Under the pieces are notes generated by a model, which saw only the letters and a program-made list of their open reading frames with translations, did not search any database and was not told where the DNA came from. The translations under genes and the position numbers were made by a program. Below are positions 13,481 to 25,790 of a stretch of 64,000 nt of DNA, one piece after another (position 1 is the stretch's first letter; each line of letters begins with the position of its first letter). The DNA is from Camelus dromedarius (taxonomy: Eukaryota): positions 39,682,001 to 39,746,000 of the forward strand of contig NC_087447.1 of NCBI RefSeq assembly GCF_036321535.1. The letters run 5' to 3'.

Positions 13481-14199
13481 CAACTTAGCAGAGGACCTTC
13501 TTGCCTAGTTGGCCCATGTTTTCCAAGCTCTAAAAGAGGAAATGTTTGTAACCAGCACAGGGCACCTATGGTGCTGATGCAAAGCTTCTGCAGGGACTAA
13601 CTTCCACAGCGGGTTGTGCTGGGCTTTCTACCTATCTCTTCTAGAGGGGTTCAAACACACACGCAGGCCCAAAGGCATCCTGCAAAGAGCAAAGTATTCA
13701 CCTTGGACTGACTGTGGGAAACTGAGTTTCCCCAGACACTGCCTGGAAAAAAACGGAGCACCAGAACTAAAACCCTGGCCTTTGTCACACTTACTGCGAC
13801 TTAAAAGGAAAACCCATATGGTTTAGTGACTCCTGGTCACAAAACCTCTGGGCATTTATCACAACGATGATGACTGTTCTTTTGTGAAGAACATCTGGTT
13901 TGGTGACACTTGGATCCTGAGATCCAGGTTCAACCACATTTAAGGGTAGCTAAATTCAAATGCACGTAACAGATCGGGGTGCCTTCCGTTAAGTCAGGCA
14001 CCTGCATCACATAACTTCACTTAATCTCCACATTAGTTCCCCAGAATTGCGGTCCGGCTCCTGGCCTAGTGCTGCCACAGACTTGGCCACCTTCCTCTCA
14101 CTCCATGGCTGAATTAACTGGTATGTTCACCTACCATTTCAGCATTCTCCTCTCATTCCATCCTTACTACTAGAAAAATAAAGGGATAGAGTTCATTAC

Positions 14200-14265
14200 A
14201 ATGATAGCTAACATTTGCTGACTACTTTCAGTGGGCCAGGTATGATGCTAAGCACATACATTATA
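14200..14265 (-). mobile_element. MIR 3' part (interrupted by L1)
   Basis: atagctaacatttgctgactact...gccaggtatgatgctaagcac. Confidence 0.65.
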
Positions 14266-14271
14266 CATACA

Positions 14272-16266
14272 GACTGGCTTCACTGAGATGCAATTCACAT
14301 ATTCACCCATTTAAAGTGCCCACGTCAATCATTTTTAGTGTACTCACAGAGTTGTGTAAGCATCGCAACCAATTTAGAACACATTAATCATCCCAGAAAG
14401 AAATCCCAAACCCATGAACTCCCAATTTCTCTCAAGTCTTCCAGTCCTAAAAAATCACTAGTCTTATTTCCTGTCTTTATAGATTGGCCTATTCTGGACA
14501 TTTTACACAAATGGCATCACACAATGTGTAGTCTTGTGACTGTCTTTCCTTAGCATAAGGTTTTCAAGAGTTGTTCATACTGCAGTATGTATTAGTACTT
14601 TGTTCCTTTTCATTACCAAATAACAGTCCATTGTATGGATATACCACATTTTATTTACACAGCCATCAGTTGATGGACATTTGAGGTGCTTCTACTTTTT
14701 AGCTATTATGAATAACGTTGCTATGAATATTGGTGTACAAGTTTTTGTAGAAACATCTGTTTTCACTTCTCTTAGATACAGACCTAGGAGTAGAATTGCC
14801 AAGTCATAAGACAAGTCTATAATGAACCTTCTGAAGAACTGCCAGACTGTTTTCCATAGTGGTAATATCATTTTATATTTCCACCAGTGATGTATGAGGG
14901 TTCCCACTTCTTCACATCCATGCCAATACTTCTTGTCAGTCTATTTGACTACAGCCATCCTAGTGGCATATAAAGGGGCATCTCACTGTGGCTTTAATTT
15001 GCATTTCTCTGATGCTTAATGATGTTGAGCATCTTTGCATGTGCTTGCTGGCCATTTGTAAATCTTCTTTGCGAAATGTCTATTTAGATCATCTGCCCAT
15101 TCTTTAACTGGATTATTTGTCTTTTTATTAGAGTTGTAAGAGTTCTTAATATATTCTAGACACAAGTCCCTTATCCGGTTTATAATCTGAAAATTTTTTC
15201 TCCTATTCTCTCCTATCTTTTTATTCAAACACAAAGTTTGTTATTTTGATATAGTATCAGTTTATTTTTACTTCTATTACTTACACTTTGGGTGTCATAT
15301 CCAAGAAGGCTAACTCAAGGTCAGAAAGACTTATTCTCATGTTTTCTTCTGGAGTTTTACAGTTTGAGCTCTTATATTTACTTCTATGATCAATTTTTAG
15401 TTAATTACAGTGTATGATACGAGAAAGGGGTCCACTTCATTCTTTGCACGTAAATATCCAATAGTCCCAGCACCATTTGTTGAAAAGACTGTTGTTCTGC
15501 TCTTAAACTGTCTCGACACATTTGTTGAAAATCAATTGACCATAAATAAGTGTGAGGGTTTATTTCTGGACTCTTGATTCTATTCCATTGATTTGTCTGC
15601 CTAACTTGATACTAGTAACACACTGTCTTAAGGTTGTAGCTTTGCAGTAAGTTTTGAAATCAAGAGGTGTGAGTCCTTCAATTTTATTCTTCTTTTCCAA
15701 GATTGTCCCGCCTACTTTGGGTCTCTTGAATTTCCATACGAATTTTTGGATCAGCTTGTCAATTTCTTGAAAGAAATTAGCTGGGGTTTTGATCAGGATT
15801 GCAATGAATCTGTGGATTAATTTTGGATAATTATTATCTTAATATTAAGTCTTCCAATCCATGAACATATTATGTCTTTTTAGGTATGATATTATTGGCA
15901 GATTTTCCATGAATGCCCTTTATCAGGTGAGGTAATTCTATTTCTAGTTTGTTAAGTGTTAACATCTCAAAGAGGTGTTGGATTTTCTCAAATGCTTTTA
16001 CTGAGATGATAATGTATTTTTGTTCCTTATTCTATCGATATGATGTATTACATTAATTTCGAATTTTAAACCAATCTTGCATTCCTGGGATAGATCCCAC
16101 TTGGTCATGGTGTCTAATCCTTTTTATATGTTGCAGGATTCGACTTCTGAGTATTTTGTTGAGGATTTTTGCATCTATAATCATAAGAGGCTTCAGTCTA
16201 TAGTTTCCTTGTAAAACCTTTGGTTTTGTTGTCAGGGCTAATATTGCTCTCAAAGAATGAGCTGGG
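14272..16266 (-). mobile_element. L1MB-type LINE-1, about 2 kb, 5'-truncated, with decayed ORF2 and 3' UTR
   Basis: ORF2-like translations [10 protein letters not shown]...[24 protein letters not shown] (16053-16253), [15 protein letters not shown] (15016-15234), LWKTVWQF...YDLAILLLGLY...KTCTPIFIATLFIIAK (14692-14907); L1MB-type 3' UTR. Confidence 0.95.
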
Positions 16267-16271
16267 CATGC

Positions 16272-16476
16272 AAAACGTTTTCATGTATTATCTCATTTAA
16301 CCATCATATCAAACTTGTCAGATAGGCACTAGAATTTGCCCCATTTATCAGATGAGGAAATGGAAGTTCAAGAATATTAAACTGTCCATGGTTACACTAC
16401 ATTCAGTGAAGTGGTAGAGCCAGGAGTTAAACCCAGAGAGTCCTCCCTCTTGACTCCATGCCCTTAATCACCATGA
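16272..16476 (-). mobile_element. MIR core/5' part (continuation after L1)
   Basis: tattatctcatttaaccatca...ccccatttatcagatgaggaaatgga...gtggtagagccaggagttaaacccag. Confidence 0.85.
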
Positions 16477-17059
16477 AGAACTTACTCCTCTGAGCTAACT
16501 GACAAGCCCCCCATACAAATCAGACACTGACTAGATTAGTGACAGGTTAAATCTACACTAACCAGATTCTGTGACCTGGTCACAAAGTCTAGTAACCCGC
16601 CCTAACTTAACATCCTTCTGAATGCCACAGTAATAGCTTACTTAACTCATTATTCCACTTAGTAAAGCATTCAGGATTAACAAAGTCAACCTAGATTAGT
16701 GATTGAAGTAATGTTTAGACAACTAAAACTAAACCCAGAGTCAACTTGAAAAAAGGAAGTCCATGTGTGCACACATACCCCTCATGTGAAGACATCTTAG
16801 ATAAGCATAAAAACATACTGTTTCACGTAAATACTAGGAAAAAATAATTGTCAAAGACTAGCTTCCTCGGGATATATTTTGTGACTGTTGTAAACCTCAA
16901 ATCAGGAACGGGAAACGGATGGAGTCTGTCGCTACAATAACCAGGTCAAGCTCAGAAATGCTCTCCAGCCACTGAAAGTCCCGTTTGGACAAAACCATTG
17001 CAATATTGATATGAAATATAAACTAAAATAAACTGTCTTCATTCTTGACATCTCAGACA

Positions 17060-17330
17060 CAGGGTCGGTATGATTATAACAGAAAAGTGTAAACATGGGA
17101 GTTGGGTGCTGTTGGTTCTACACTAAATTCTGCTTCACTAAGAGGTTTCTCGAGAAAAGATGTTCTAAAGGAAAACATCATGGGCCCTGGGTCTCAGTTT
17201 CTTACCTGTGAAATTATAATCCCTGCCCCTATTATTTCACTAGAACGTTGTAAATGTGATAACAATGGTTAAGAACGTGGGAAAGAACACCGTATAGAGA
17301 AAGAAGATGGAATTATTATCATCATCAACT
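17060..17330 (+). mobile_element. MIR fragment
   Basis: gggtctcagtttcttacctgtgaaattataatccctgccc. Confidence 0.6.
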
Positions 17331-17334
17331 TTTA

Positions 17335-17605
17335 CTAATTCAGACATTTTTTTGAAGACCTAATGTGTGTCAGGCACTACACCAGGGGTTGGAGATACAG
17401 ACACGCACATTAAAACTGAGTCTGAAAAGCACGTTGACAGGCGGTCAGATAACATGCTATGGGAACACAAAGGAGAGAGCAACTAGCTCTGCCTGTGTGG
17501 ATAAAGGAAGGCTTCAGAGAGAAGGGAGTACTTTTTTTTTTTACAGGGTCTTGAAGACCAGTAGGAATTTACCACGCAGAAAACAGGATGAACAGTGTCC
17601 CAGAC
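17335..17605 (-). mobile_element. L2 3' end
   Basis: acatttttttgaagacctaatgtgtgtcaggcac...ggagatacag...tgctatgggaacacaaaggag. Confidence 0.75.
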
Positions 17606-17739
17606 ACCAAGAAAGCTCATTCTCCCTTTTTCACTGTTTACTTGGAACCAAGACTCTCTTCCACATGGCAAGGCAGCAACATAGGGACAGTGAGTCCAGA
17701 AAAATCTCAGGTTCCCGTCCTCTCACAACTCAGAAAGTA

Positions 17740-17975
17740 GCAGAAAGTAGTGGTTAAGAGCTCAGGCAATAGAGCCAAACTGATGGGAGTTCAAATCCTG
17801 GCTCCAGTTTTGTATAATCCTGAGCAATTTACTTAACCTTTCTAGACCTTGGTTTCCTCATCTGTAATATTCAAATAATAATAGCAGCTATTGATAAGAT
17901 CTGTAATGAGGCTTAAATGACTCGATGTTAAGTGTTCAGAACAGTACCTGGCTCACTGCATGCATTGGATAAATA
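17740..17975 (+). mobile_element. MIR, near full length
   Basis: tagtggttaagagc...gttcaaatcctggctcca...acttaacctttctagaccttggtttcctcatctgtaa...agaacagtacctggc. Confidence 0.9.
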
Positions 17976-18000
17976 CATCATCATCATCATCATCATCATC

Positions 18001-18063
<63 letters not shown>
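17976..18063 (+). repeat. Compound microsatellite (CAT)8 C (TTA)21
   Basis: Counted directly from the sequence. Confidence 0.97.
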
Positions 18064-18065
<2 letters not shown>

Positions 18066-19899
18066 TTGAATCCCTGTCACAATGCCTGCCCTGGTCAATT
18101 CAGGCCTGACTAAGATTTGACAATCTCATAGGGCCCCTATCCCAATGCATGTGGTCTTCCCACCTGGCAATTCCCTTCTCCCAACAACTGTTCACGACTG
18201 CTGTCTCAGGACACATGGGGACTGAGAGAATGCTTCCTAATACACGTGGCTTACGATCCAAGTAACCCAAATAGCATCTTCCATAATCAGGATCGTATCA
18301 CCATTGCATTCTGCGTGTTGCTGTGAGACAGCAAATACAAAGGCACATCCGAGGACAGAGATTGCCGTGACAGTTGAATAAACATGCAATCCGATACCTC
18401 ACATCTGGCATGTCATCAGCCCCAATACCTTATTCACAATCAAATATGTTCAAGGCTGTGGCTACTTTATTGGTACAAATGTCTTTATCAGGACATTAAG
18501 GTGCACCAAACCTCTCTCAATAAAAGCAGTCATAAACAACAGTCTCTTCTTAAGCTGTCATGGAAGCTACTGCATTTGTAATAGAACCATTCATCTAAGA
18601 GACAGTTGCCAAAGCCAGTCTCAACACAATAGCGAGCAAGTCACCGAGCACAGAGGCAGACCCAGGGATCAGGGCAGGCACTGAGTAATTGGGACCCTTG
18701 TAAATGGTTGAAAAGAAGAACTCAGCGTATTAACATATGTTCAATATTACCCTGGATGCTGCAAAGCTTTGGGGTGATCAATTACATTTCCCCCAGAGCA
18801 CTTGCTTTTAAGGTAACCTAAAAAGTTGCCCCAGCTATTGCAAAAAGAACAATGTCTATGGAAATTTTCAGCTAATGACCAATTTCACTGTGGGGTGGGG
18901 ATGGGGGAAGATCTGCAACATTACATAAATTTTTTTCTAATAAATTCAGGAAATTTCACTGTCACATCTTTCAGACTGTTCTAAAAGGGTAAGAAGGAGA
19001 CGGGTGTATACTAATACAGGAAGAGGTTTTAAAGAAATAATATCCATATAGGCTTTGGAGAACAATTTGATTCTATTATTTACTAGAATTGAAGCATTTG
19101 AGAGAAGGGAAAGTGCGCAGATGGAACACAACGCGGTGAAGGCATAACAGGTAATATCAAGCAAATGAAATGTACCTGTGATTAAATCAAATGATTATAA
19201 TCAAATGAGCTTATAGCATGCTGTAAAGTCTCCAGAGTGTTTTCATACTCTAAAAGCCAACCACTTCTGCCTAAAGGCAATGCAGGTACAAGATTACCTG
19301 CCAGGAATCTGTGGCAAAGAATAACATGGTCATCAAAAAGACTACCGACATTTTTAAAAGGCAGTCCCGCAGCCCTCCAGGAACAAAGCATGTCCACTCT
19401 GAAGTGCAAGTTAAACGATAAATACTGGCTTGGCAGAGATGCGGATCCTGTTCATTCCAGTGCAACGCTTTGCTGTGAGCACATGGACACTGGAAGAATG
19501 GATCTGAATGCTTTCCTCTCTCTCCACTATTACCATTTTACCATACGCATTAATGTCAGAATAATGCCACTGTTAGTCTGGACAGCTGACTGACAGATCC
19601 AACTAACCGGGCACCTGTTGAACTCCCAGACCAACGTCCTAAAACATATGATAAGAACACCCTGTCCTGCTCCCTGGCCTCAGCACCACCACCCTCTGAC
19701 CACCTGTCCCCCACGACTGGTGCCTCAGCCACACACCCACGGAAGGGACAGCTTGCCAGCACCAGCTTCTCCCTCAACTCCACCCTCCCGCCCACGAGGA
19801 CCTTGCAGTGGCCCCCAACGGAAGCCCTGGAAACATCACTCCAACAACAACCCAGACAATACGGTTTGCTTCTCATTCTTGGTATTTTCCATTTTTCTT

Positions 19900-20160
19900 T
19901 AATGAGTATTTCTTACTTAGAATGAGAGTAAAAAATAAATGGTATAATTACCTTTTCCTCTAATTCTGAAAGTAACATATGTTCACTATTTTAAAAAGCT
20001 CCATTAATACAGAAATATACTGTAGAAAAGGTTTGAGTCCCCTGTAATCCCATCTCCCTGCAGTAACCACTATTTATATGCTGTAAATTCCTTCAGATTT
20101 TTCCTATGATCCTAACCACACATTTATATATTTAAATTTACTGAGTTGCATATTCTCTAA
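19900..20160 (-). mobile_element. Old L1ME-like 3' fragment
   Basis: aaagtaacatatgttcactatt...aatacagaaa...tcccctgtaatcccatctccctgcagtaaccacta. Confidence 0.5.
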
Positions 20161-21119
20161 GATAGGCCCTTTACTACAGAGATCAATAGAGCACTATCGT
20201 AACAATAACAATAATTTGTAAAATGACTACTTGACACACTGTCAAAGGAAGGGGCTACATACACGTAACAAGGGTATAAGAAATTAAGACACACTCTCAC
20301 GTGAAATGCTACAGAGGACAGAGGAACTGAGGCTTTGGAAGTGGGAGTCAGCGGGGGCAGAACAGAGAGACAGTGTTGGAATTCAGGGCCGTGTAGCTAA
20401 AAACCTTCACATCTGTGGGCCCGTCACTCCTCCTTCCCTTTGTTGTAGTGGAAGCCACTGCTGTAAGGCCCGCCAGCCTCTGCCAGGCAACAGACCCCCA
20501 CTGGTCCCTTCCACCGCCTGTGACTCCAACCCAGACAAGTCTGCTCTGGATCTCCTCTCTCCAACACCTTCTTTGACAGAAACTCTGAAAGGGGGGTGGG
20601 GCGGGGGTGCTCAGTTCAGTCCCTCTCTTAACCAAACAGCCCTCTACCTAGGCTCGGCAGCTTAATTCTGATTTACTGCTCCAACACCATCTTTCCTACC
20701 TTTCTACCATGCTGTGAACAGGCTGAACTCAGAAAAGTGTTATTTTTAGAATTTAGTTCAAAACACTTTCTCATACATAACTGCATTTTCTCAACATTGC
20801 TGAGAGCTAGGGAGAAATATGTCGATTTCCTCACTCTACAGATGATGTCAACAAGACACAGATACATCGCAAACAGGTATAGTTTCAGAGCAGCCAAAGA
20901 ATTAGGGAGGAGGGAGGTAGTGCAAGTTAGCATTTTCTTGTGACCCCAGTGTTCCTTCTGCCCTACTAGTTCTGACACCCGCTCTTTACCAGGCCCACAG
21001 CATTCATTTACACCAATATCAAACTCTTCCCATTCATATCCATGGGGTATCGTCCTCCTCAAAGAAATCCTCCCCCACCAACACCTGGTCACTTTGGTAG
21101 GTTTATTTACAAACTCACA

Positions 21120-21470
21120 CTTCACTACTGTGGACATAACATCAATGTGATCAACATGATTAACCAACCCAAAGCTGGCAGAGACTCCTCACGTCTTACC
21201 TCCTTGTCCCCAGTGGCCATCGCCCACGTTCATATCAGTTGACCACATTTACAGCCACACCTCGAAACTCATCACTTGAAATCTCTCCACCTCTAATCTC
21301 AGATGCTTCCTCTCCCATGCATGACCAGAGCCTCCTGTCCCGCCACCTCTCTTACGTCTGCAGAGCCTCTGAGCAGCACACATCACCCCTCCAGCTTCAC
21401 CTTGTCCCTGTCCCTCCCCAGACTGGTGCAACCATGCCCTCACTAGCACCTTAGTGTCTCAGGTCCCAAG
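21120..21470 (+). mobile_element. L2 internal (endonuclease-region-like) fragment
   Basis: gccacacctcgaaactcatcac and tgaccagagcctcctgtcc resemble the decayed GHTLDL/SDH coding region of L2. Confidence 0.45.
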
Positions 21471-21569
21471 CCTTGACATTGTCAAAATATGACATGTGAA
21501 AATCCCCTGGCAGGGGGGAAAATATATTTATCACATAATAATGCCATGGGTTCCCCCAAAAGTAATGCT

Positions 21570-22918
21570 CTCTGCCTTACACAAAAATTAAATGAAGGTG
21601 GATCATAGACTTAAGTGTAAAACATAAAACTATAAACCTTTTTGAACAAAACATAGGAGAAAATCTTCATGACCCAGGGCTGGGCAATGAATTCTAAGAC
21701 TTGACACCAAAAGTACAATTCACAAACAGGAAAATTAATAAATTGGATCGCATCAAAACTAAAAACTTCTCCTCTGTAGGAGCCCATGTGAAGATGAAAA
21801 GATAAGCTACAGACAAGGAGAGCATACTTGTAAACCACGCATCTGACAAAGGACTCACATCTAAAGAACTTCCAAAACTCAACAGTAAAAATATAAATAG
21901 TCCAATTTTAAAAAGGACAAAAGATATCAACAGATATTTCACTGAAGAGATTATACAGATGGCAAATAAGCACATGAAAAGATGTTCCACATCATTAGTC
22001 ATTAGAGAAATGCAATTTGAAACCACATGGGGTATCACCACACACCTATCAGAATGGCTAAAGCAAACACGAGTGACACCACCAAATGCTGGGGAGGATA
22101 CAGAGAATCTAGACTGCAGGTGAGAATGTAAAATGGTACAGCTGCTCTGGAGAACCGTTGAGTAGTTAAAAAAAAGCTAAAAGTACACTATCATACGACC
22201 CAACAATGCATTTATCCCACAGAAATGAAAACTTATGTTCACACAAAACCCTGTATATAAATGGTCATAGCAGCTTTATTTGTAATAGCCAAAAACTAGA
22301 ATCAACCCAGATACCCTTGAAGAGATAAATGGTTAAATACACTGTAGTACAGACCAGGGAACAGCACTCAACAATCAAAGGAACAAACTATCGATACACA
22401 CAACAACCTGGATAAATCTCCAGGGAATTACGATGCATGGGGAAAAGCCAATCCCTAAAGGTTACATACAATATGATTCCACTAGATAATATGTTTGAAA
22501 TGACAACATTTTAAACATAAAGAATCAACTAATGGTGGTCAGGAGTTAGGGATAAGGTTGGGGGAAGCAGGACGGAGGTAGGGATGGTTTTAAAAGGGCA
22601 ACCCCAGGGATCCTTGTGGTGTTGGGACTGTTTCGTTATCATCACTGTGGAAGCGGATACACAAACCTACACAGGTGGTAACATTGTAGAGAACTTAGTA
22701 ACACACACATATAAATGAGTACAAGTAGCTCTCAGGAAATCTGAATAAGATCAGTGTATTATATCAACATTAATATCCTGACTGTGACATTCTACTATAG
22801 TTTTGCAAAATGCAACCATTGGGGGAAATGAACAAAGTGTACAAAAGATCTTGTATTATTTCTTACAATTGCATGGGAATCTACAATTATCTCAATAAAA
22901 ATTTCAATTAAAAGAAGA
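21570..22918 (+). mobile_element. L1MC1-like LINE-1 3' portion (ORF2 end + 3' UTR + A tail)
   Basis: acacaaaaattaa...tggatcatagacttaagtgtaaaa; aagcacatgaaaagatgttc; 3' end gaatctacaattatctcaataaaaatttcaattaaaa. Confidence 0.93.
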
Positions 22919-23513
22919 AAGAAATGTTCTCCAAATTCTCCCAGGCCCTGCTGCCACTGCACAGCACTTCTTTTATTCACCATGTCCATCCATATTCCAT
23001 TCCCCCATCATATCCCTACTAAGCTCGCTATGTTTCAAAAGCCTGTAACCCACCTCAGCCCACCTGGTCTTACTGCTCATCGGAAGGAAGTAATCATTAA
23101 ATACACCCTCCCTGGACCCTCTACCCGGAACTTCTCCTGCCACTGTGCATCAGAGTAAAAGTCTACTTCTTTTAAAGTCTCTTCCTAGTTTTGTTCCATC
23201 AAATATATCCTAAATTCATAAGATTTTCTCCCCTGCTAATCAAATGCTCAAGTCTCTCCCCTGTCCTAAAGTAAGTCTTCCTTTAATTTTTTATGCCCTA
23301 TCTCATGGCCTTTTCCATGCCCAGCAAATCTGGGCCATGGTAATGGTTCTCTTTCACTAGAGAGGAAACCTAAACGGAATATATAGTTCATTTCTCGTAC
23401 CCAAACTTTGTAAGGACTGTTACAAATCTCCGTCTCATTCTCTGCTCATTAGTTTCTTTTACCGACTTTGAAGACGGGGCCCTGTCCTCTTAGACCCAGG
23501 TTAAAGTTTAGCC

Positions 23514-23691
23514 CTGTGCCTCTCAACCTGGCTGATCCCCCAAATCACCCAGGAAGCTTTGAAAAATACAGATTCCCAGACCACATGCTCGGAGATTCTG
23601 ATTCAATCGGTGTGAGTCCGTTTTTGTTTGGCCTCTTTTTTTAAGCTTCTTAAGCGCTCCTGCTGATCACGGTCCGACTTGAGAACCACTG
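23514..23691. mobile_element. MER5A hAT-Charlie MITE
   Basis: tctcaacctggctg...aatcaccc...aaaatacagattccc...gagattctgattcaat...ttgagaaccactg. Confidence 0.85.
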
Positions 23692-23699
23692 ACTGGGCT

Positions 23700-24500
23700 C
23701 CCTTTTTCTTAAAAAGGCTGTCTCTTACCTCGCCCACTGCTACAGACATTGCATTTAAAATCCATGACAGTTTCACTGCTTTACGCCGTGAGCCTGCACC
23801 TATCCCCCATTTTCACAGCATCAGGGATCACTTCTCTGCTGGCGAGCCCCCAGACTACCCCTGCAACTCCAACCTGCTGCAGCTCCAGGCAGGAATTTCC
23901 AACCCCCACAGGTCATCTTTATTTGAATGGCCGCCTGGTATCTCCAGCACATGACACAACTCAACTCCTCATTCCTCTCTTCTCTACAAACCTGCTTCTC
24001 TTGTCTCCACTCCCCATCCATTTAATAGTCCCACCGTCCTCCCCATCACCCAGAACCCTGAAGTCATCTTCATCTCCTTCTCCTCTTTCACAAACCACAT
24101 CCAGTCGGCCAGTCCTGTTGGTTCTACCTCTGAAACTTTTCCACCAGCACAGCCAGTACTGCGGGATTCAGGCTCATCCTCTCCCACTGGCCTACTGCAA
24201 TAGCCACCTAGCTTGTCTCCACGCCTCCAGAGTTGGCTTTGTCAAACACAGGCTGAGTCACATCATCTCTCCCGAAGAAATGTCCCGGATTCTCTGTCTC
24301 CGGGATGAGCGTCAGACACCGTGGGGCGGCACTCAAGACCCCCCACAGGCAGTGCCGTCCCACGTGTCCAGGCCCGTCCACCATGCCCCGGGGGATACAT
24401 CTTCATTTCTAAGAGCACGAGCTGGGCCCTTTCAGGACTCTGTGCCTTTATCATGCTGATCCCTTAGGCCTGAATGCTCTTCCCTTCTCTCTTTCCTCAC
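23700..24500 (+). mobile_element. L2 fragment
   Basis: ccagaaccctgaagtcatctt, cacatccagtc, ggttctacctctgaaa, tggcctactgcaatagcc motifs. Confidence 0.7.
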
Positions 24501-24504
24501 AGTA

Positions 24505-24645
24505 GCAAGTCTGAACCTCAGCTTCAGAAGTCAACAGAAATTATATGCAACAATGCTGTAACTACATACAAATATGCATTTTTTGGAGAGGAGACCCACA
24601 ACTTTCTATAGATTCTCAAGGGCCTATAATCCAAAGTTTAGAAAG
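24505..24645. mobile_element. MER103-like hAT-Charlie fragment
   Basis: atgcattttttggagaggagacccacaactttctatagattctcaaggg. Confidence 0.6.
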
Positions 24646-24871
24646 AAAAAAAAAAGTGGCCTTTTCACATTCAGAGTTAGCTCACATGGGTCTGCCTCTC
24701 GGACTCTGACTCTTCCAGTCTCTTGCATTTTCAGTTATAGAATGTGCATTCCCCAATCATAAATTATCACACTTTCCGCTGCCCTTCACTAAGCTGTGTA
24801 CGTCTCTAGCACAGAATATACTTCTTTCCACATCGGTCCTCTGGTTAGTTGTATTCATTGGCTTGTTGTAT

Positions 24872-25095
24872 TAAGCTGACTTCCAAATGTCAGCTCCACT
24901 GCTGATCTGCTGTGTCCTGGAGCAAGTAACTTGACCTCAGTAGGCCCCAGCTTCCTCAGCTGTAAAATGGGGATAATCACGGTAACCCTCATCATTAGGT
25001 TGTTCTAAGGAATAAATAGGACAAGACATTCTAAAGCAACGACAGTGCCTAGCACACAGTAAGTGGTCTGTCAGCTATCTTAATTATTTTATATT
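24872..25095 (+). mobile_element. MIR
   Basis: gcaagtaacttgacctc...cagcttcctcagctgtaaaatggggataat...cagtgcctagcacacagtaagtg. Confidence 0.88.
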
Positions 25096-25699
25096 TGTTA
25101 TCCCCATTCAGTCTTAAGCACAGGACAGGCCCTCACTGAACGGTTTATGAATCCATGTCTGCCCGAATCCCAGAACTCATCCACTGCCACAGAAAGCTCT
25201 TGGAAAGCATAACCTCCCAACCTGGTAATAATTTAACATTCTTTTTTTTCCCCCTTCCTCATGACCAATCCTTGAACCATCCTAATTAGCTATTCTCCAC
25301 TGGGCTTGCACAAGGGCTCACACCTTGTGCATAAACCTTTGTAGGCCAGACCCCCCCATATGGTAAACTTCCCAATCCAAACCCTGATGACGCCAGTTCT
25401 GCTATTCTCACAGGAACAAAGCTATTTCAAAATCCTCCATTACTCATCAGTTCAGAGGATCCCAGAATTAACCCTTATTCTGCTATGGTGCCAACTTGGG
25501 TAGAAACGCTTCCTACTTCTTGAACTAACATTTATCAACATAGCAAGAACCAGCCTTTCTTCTTTCTCAGTCTATGTTAAATATCCAAACTCTGTCTCTC
25601 TCTTTTTTTTTTCTGCCCTCTCTTCCTTTCTAGTCCGTTCCTCTTGGGGCTCAGAGGCTCACTTACTCACCTTTCTTTGTCTTAATAATTCACATATGC

Positions 25700-25790
25700 A
25701 TATGTTCAACAAACATCACTGACATCTGTGTCCAGCAAGACAGAGAGGGTGGGGCCCCTGCCTTATGGAGCTTCTAGCCTATTCTAAGGG
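25700..25790 (-). mobile_element. L2 3' end fragment
   Basis: ttcaacaaacatcactga...ccctgccttatggagcttctagcct. Confidence 0.55.

Noticed and set aside
14692..16253. ORFs with reverse-transcriptase/ORF2-like words
   Set aside because: Frameshifted remnants of the L1MB element, not a gene or an active retroelement.
17200..17222. Minus-strand tttcacag|GTAAGA as a recursive splice site
   Set aside because: It derives from the MIR core and has only a short pyrimidine tract; such sites are common.
20591..20607. G-rich run ggggggtggggcggggg as a G-quadruplex
   Set aside because: Only three separate G-tracts; not a canonical intramolecular motif.
23749..24459. Longest ORF (236 aa)
   Set aside because: TTG start, Ser/Pro/Leu-rich, and lies in decayed C-rich L2 sequence.
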